Shown piece after piece: positions 61,056-64,000 of a DNA stretch of 64,000 nt. Origin of the DNA: a virus (lineage: Duplodnaviria > Caudoviricetes); IMG/VR virus record IMGVR_UViG_3300033068_001957, positions 64,001 through 128,000 of that record; one strand, written 5' to 3'. The position numbers and the translations under genes were made by a program. Numbering within the stretch: the stretch's first letter is position 1; each line of letters opens with the position of its first letter. Below the pieces are notes generated by a model. It had not been told where the DNA came from. It saw nothing but the letters and a program-made list of their open reading frames with translations, and did not search any database.

Positions 61056-61369
61056 GTATCGGTAGCTTAATAGTCAAAGCAGCGAACTCAAAATGGGTCG
61101 GTAGTAAGGAAACTTACTATTTGTAAGGTGTAAATTCGGTGAACGGTTAATTTATTGATCCACCTATAGAGAGGGTAATTATATCTCGAATCAATAAACT
61201 CCCAACGCCGAGCGAAATCCAGAAATGGAGACGTGTAGAGACTATAATCACCAGCCTTTAAAATGGCTAAGGCATAGTCCAGACTACAAACAATTCTTAG
61301 GAATTGGCGGTGAAAACCGTAGTGGTAGGCATAATTCGTTGATTGAGGGTGCGAATCCCTCCCGATACA
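61056..61369 (+). tRNA. tRNA(CAU) (Ile2 or elongator Met) split by an intron; exons 61056-61088 and 61330-61369
   Basis: GTATCGG/CCGATAC; spliced anticodon arm GCGAA-CT^CATAA-TTCGT. Confidence 0.88.
61089..61329 (+). ncRNA. group I intron without ORF
   Basis: U.G pair in P1, AAATTCGGTGAAC (P), AACGCCGAGC (Q), GTAGAGACTA (R), GGCATAGTCC (S), terminal G. Confidence 0.9.
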
Positions 61370-61424
61370 CTAATTTAAACAAAATAAACCTTGCGGCGGA
61401 AATAAAAACCGCTATATTGGTTAT

Positions 61425-61610
61425 ATGAAAACATCAAAAGACATCCAAACTCAATTCAACGCCAAAACAATCACAAAAGGCGCGGGAAATGTTTTCTCTT
61501 GCGGGGTGTTCATTGACGGCGAAAAGCTTTGTGATGGCTTGGGTTCTACGTTGGAAAATGCGGAAGATACAGCCTATTATGCTGCAAAAATCTCTCTTCG
61601 AGACAAATAA
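61425..61610 (+). CDS. small dsRBD-like protein
   Basis: F.C.V.IDG...G.G.T...AE..A pattern; leaderless promoter. Confidence 0.45.
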   Translation: MKTSKDIQTQFNAKTITKGAGNVFSCGVFIDGEKLCDGLGSTLENAEDTAYYAAKISLRDK

Positions 61611-61644
61611 ACCTTGACCCGCCCAAATAAATAACCTATAATTA

Positions 61645-61677
61645 CTCGCCGTAGGGCATCCCTGCGGGATAAAGAAT
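61645..61677 (+). repeat. twin-hairpin motif copy 2 at a predicted transcription start
   Basis: follows TTGACC-N17-TATAAT (61614-61642). Confidence 0.8.
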
Positions 61678-62378
61678 CGAATAAACCCCTTTTATTCTCG
61701 TTTTGGCGCGTCGTAATTTTGGCCGCTGTCCTGATACTCGCGACAAATTTAAACGATTCGATTTTTCGGCCCAAAATAGAAGATTATTCTCAAATTTGAG
61801 AAAACAATTGGCCGCAAATAGTTCTTGTATCATAGAATAATCTAGTTTATATTATACCCATGACCGCGACATATCACCCCACGCATTTCAAAGTGTCAGA
61901 GTTCCCGCTTTCCATAAGAGGCGAGTTTTCGACGTTCCAAGTAAATAGCCATGATAAGATGATTATGCACAATGGCCGCCCCGATGTGGTTTTTCTCATC
62001 ATGAAGATTCTGGCGCGAAATGGTTATAATTTCTAGAATATACTGGTTATGCACGATAAACTCGTTTCTGATAGTGTGCAAAGCTAGTGTATCGTGGATT
62101 AAATAAGCAAATAATCCTTGCGCCGATAATAAAATAGCATTATACTCTCGAATCATGAAAAATAAAATCTACAAACGAGCTTCAACGGCATGGCGTGCGG
62201 GTACTTGGCTTGCCTTGGGTAGTCGCCTCCCTTGGGATTCTGTCAGAGAAGATACGAGAATCTATTGCTACAAGGGTGAAAACTATCTTGTTTATAAAGC
62301 GTAAAACAATTTGCGCCGCCCCAAATAACAGACTATATTGAATCCTCGCCAAGATAAACAATTCAATCACAAGTAAAT

Positions 62379-62561
62379 ATGAGCAAAAAGAATTACATCG
62401 CTATCGCCGCCCGTATCAAATCCCGCCTTGAAAGCGAAACGTCGGAAGATGTCAAAGGAGGCGTACGCCTTGTCGCTCTCGACTTGGCTAATCAATTCTC
62501 TAGCGAGAATGCACGTTTTAACAAACAGATTTTTCTTTCCGCCTGCGGGTGGAATAAATAA
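62379..62561 (+). CDS. hypothetical phage protein
   Basis: MSKKNYIAIA...ENARFNKQIFLSACG. Confidence 0.7.
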   Translation: MSKKNYIAIAARIKSRLESETSEDVKGGVRLVALDLANQFSSENARFNKQIFLSACGWNK

Positions 62562-62816
62562 ACAACTTGCGCCGATTAAATAGATAGTATATTGTACTCC
62601 CATGAAACAAGACTCTCCAAAAAAATCAATTCCTCCGACTGTCCCCTGTGAGTGTGGAAACAAATGGGCGAAATGGTGGGGTGATCCCCATGGACATAGG
62701 CAATACATGTGCTCTACATGCTGGACGAATCAGAAAAGGGCCGCGTCACATGATTTTGATGAATTCGGCGCAAAATAATGCTTGACCAATCATTTCAACT
62801 CTTGTATTGTAACGGC

Positions 62817-63017
62817 ATGAAAGAATCATTCACATTTGAGTACGCCTTGAAGTTCCCAAACGGAAAATATTATACGGGTCGCGTGAATTCCGACAAGCTG
62901 CCGAATTACTGGCAGGGAGAGAAACACGAAGCTTACACCTATACGGAAAAGGGAGCATACGCTAAAAAAGATTCTGGATTTTGCTTCTCATCTTGTGTGG
63001 TGGAAAAGGTGATTTAA
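62817..63017 (+). CDS. hypothetical protein
   Basis: leaderless promoter defines start. Confidence 0.65.
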   Translation: MKESFTFEYALKFPNGKYYTGRVNSDKLPNYWQGEKHEAYTYTEKGAYAKKDSGFCFSSCVVEKVI

Positions 63018-63272
63018 TCCTTGACGGGCCGAAATAAATAGATTATACTCTTGTCATGATTCTCTCCTATCCGCCCAAGCCAGATACCAATCTTTTCCAG
63101 CGTAATTATGGGTATTATCCCGTGCAAGAGGTGGTGAAATGGGAATTCTCCACTACCTTTAACCAATGGGGCGCAACTGTTATTTTCCCCGATGGCAAGA
63201 GGGTATTCACATGGCCAAAGAAATAAGAGAATAAATCTTGCACGGCCAATAATAATGTGATATATTGAATCC

Positions 63273-63506
63273 ATGAAAGCTACTCTTCATTTTTCCAACC
63301 AGCAAACCGTTACCGTCGAAGGAATTGATTCTATTGGCCATGCCGAAGCAGTCGCGAATATCATTGCGTCCCGCTTCTCTGCCAGTTATGGCAAGGCCAT
63401 TTTCCCTACGTGCGTTCAAATAGATCCCAAGAATTTTACTACTATGATGGGTGAGAATGCTATCATGGAAGGTGTAACGGTGATTTCTTCCGTAGGTGGC
63501 AAATAA
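63273..63506 (+). CDS. hypothetical protein
   Basis: leaderless promoter. Confidence 0.65.
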   Translation: MKATLHFSNQQTVTVEGIDSIGHAEAVANIIASRFSASYGKAIFPTCVQIDPKNFTTMMGENAIMEGVTVISSVGGK

Positions 63507-63544
63507 TACTTGCGCCTTTGATTAATTCGCTATATACTCTTATT

Positions 63545-63769
63545 ATGAATAAATCATTCCAGCCGATCAATGCCCAAGGATTTCCAACCGAAGAATTTCT
63601 TTATTCTGAATCTGAGGCGCGAGAAATCGCAAATAGTGGGGAAATCCTGCTAGAAGTCTCGAATGAGAAGTTTTTCAACCGCCCTCACAAAAAGGGAGTT
63701 TGCATTTTGAATACGTGGATGAAATCCGAAAAAGTCGGAAAAGGCGAATTGCTTTTTAAGTACAACTAG
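63545..63769 (+). CDS. hypothetical protein
   Basis: leaderless promoter defines start. Confidence 0.65.
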   Translation: MNKSFQPINAQGFPTEEFLYSESEAREIANSGEILLEVSNEKFFNRPHKKGVCILNTWMKSEKVGKGELLFKYN

Positions 63770-63817
63770 ACCAATCGGTCTAGTATGCTGGCAAATAAAC
63801 CGAATTAAAAATAAAAC

Positions 63818-63851
63818 GAGCGGCGGTCATTAATTTGATCGCCGTTTTTTT
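63818..63851 (+). terminator. intrinsic terminator closing the early-gene array
   Basis: GCGGCGGTCA-N6-TGATCGCCGT-TTTTTT. Confidence 0.7.
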
Positions 63852-64000
63852 ATGCGCGGCCAAATAAAAACTAATTCATTTTGCTGCAAATAATATAGAA
63901 CGCAAATAAAGCAATCAATTTGTTACTAGACTGACCAGTCTAGCGGCGTAAAACATTCTAGGTCAACGACCTACGATGAGTAGGCAAACCATCTACGTTA

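Noticed and set aside
61225-61428. ORF inside the intron as a homing endonuclease
   Set aside because: No nuclease motif; overlaps the catalytic core and tRNA exon
1-64000. CRISPR array, stop-codon recoding, DGR or retron
   Set aside because: No regularly spaced repeats or reverse transcriptase seen; long genes are intact in the standard code and all three stops are used

Overview
This window is 64 kb of a large tailed dsDNA phage with a lambda-like siphovirus tail tip (gpL-K-I-J), using the standard genetic code. The host is probably Gram-negative (spanin-like lipoprotein); a PVC/Verrucomicrobia host is only an inference from the ECF sigma factor and leaderless gene starts. The left third holds Hsp20, virion proteins, two glycosyltransferases, ThyX and the minus-strand tail-tip operon. 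The middle holds nucleases, a sulfotransferase, a chitosanase-like endolysin with spanins, an ECF sigma factor, tRNAs and RuvB. The right half is a long array of small early genes, most with their own sigma70 promoter directly against the start codon (leaderless). Selfish elements: 2 GIY-YIG and 2 HNH endonucleases, a group I intron in tRNA(CAT), two TnpB elements and an orphan IS200/IS605 left end. Main finding: the TnpB at 8742-9908 has no transposon left end. It instead carries a 90-nt recoded replacement of the 3' end of the glycosyltransferase it interrupts, starting exactly at the TTAT TAM, while the displaced original 90-nt tail lies behind the right end as the predicted guide. This looks like a natural RNA-guided homing-and-rescue drive. 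Also notable: a topologically rewired tRNA-Arg(UCU)-like RNA, a GTGTAA late-promoter motif and several structured ncRNA candidates. All protein calls come from motif recognition by eye; no searches were run.
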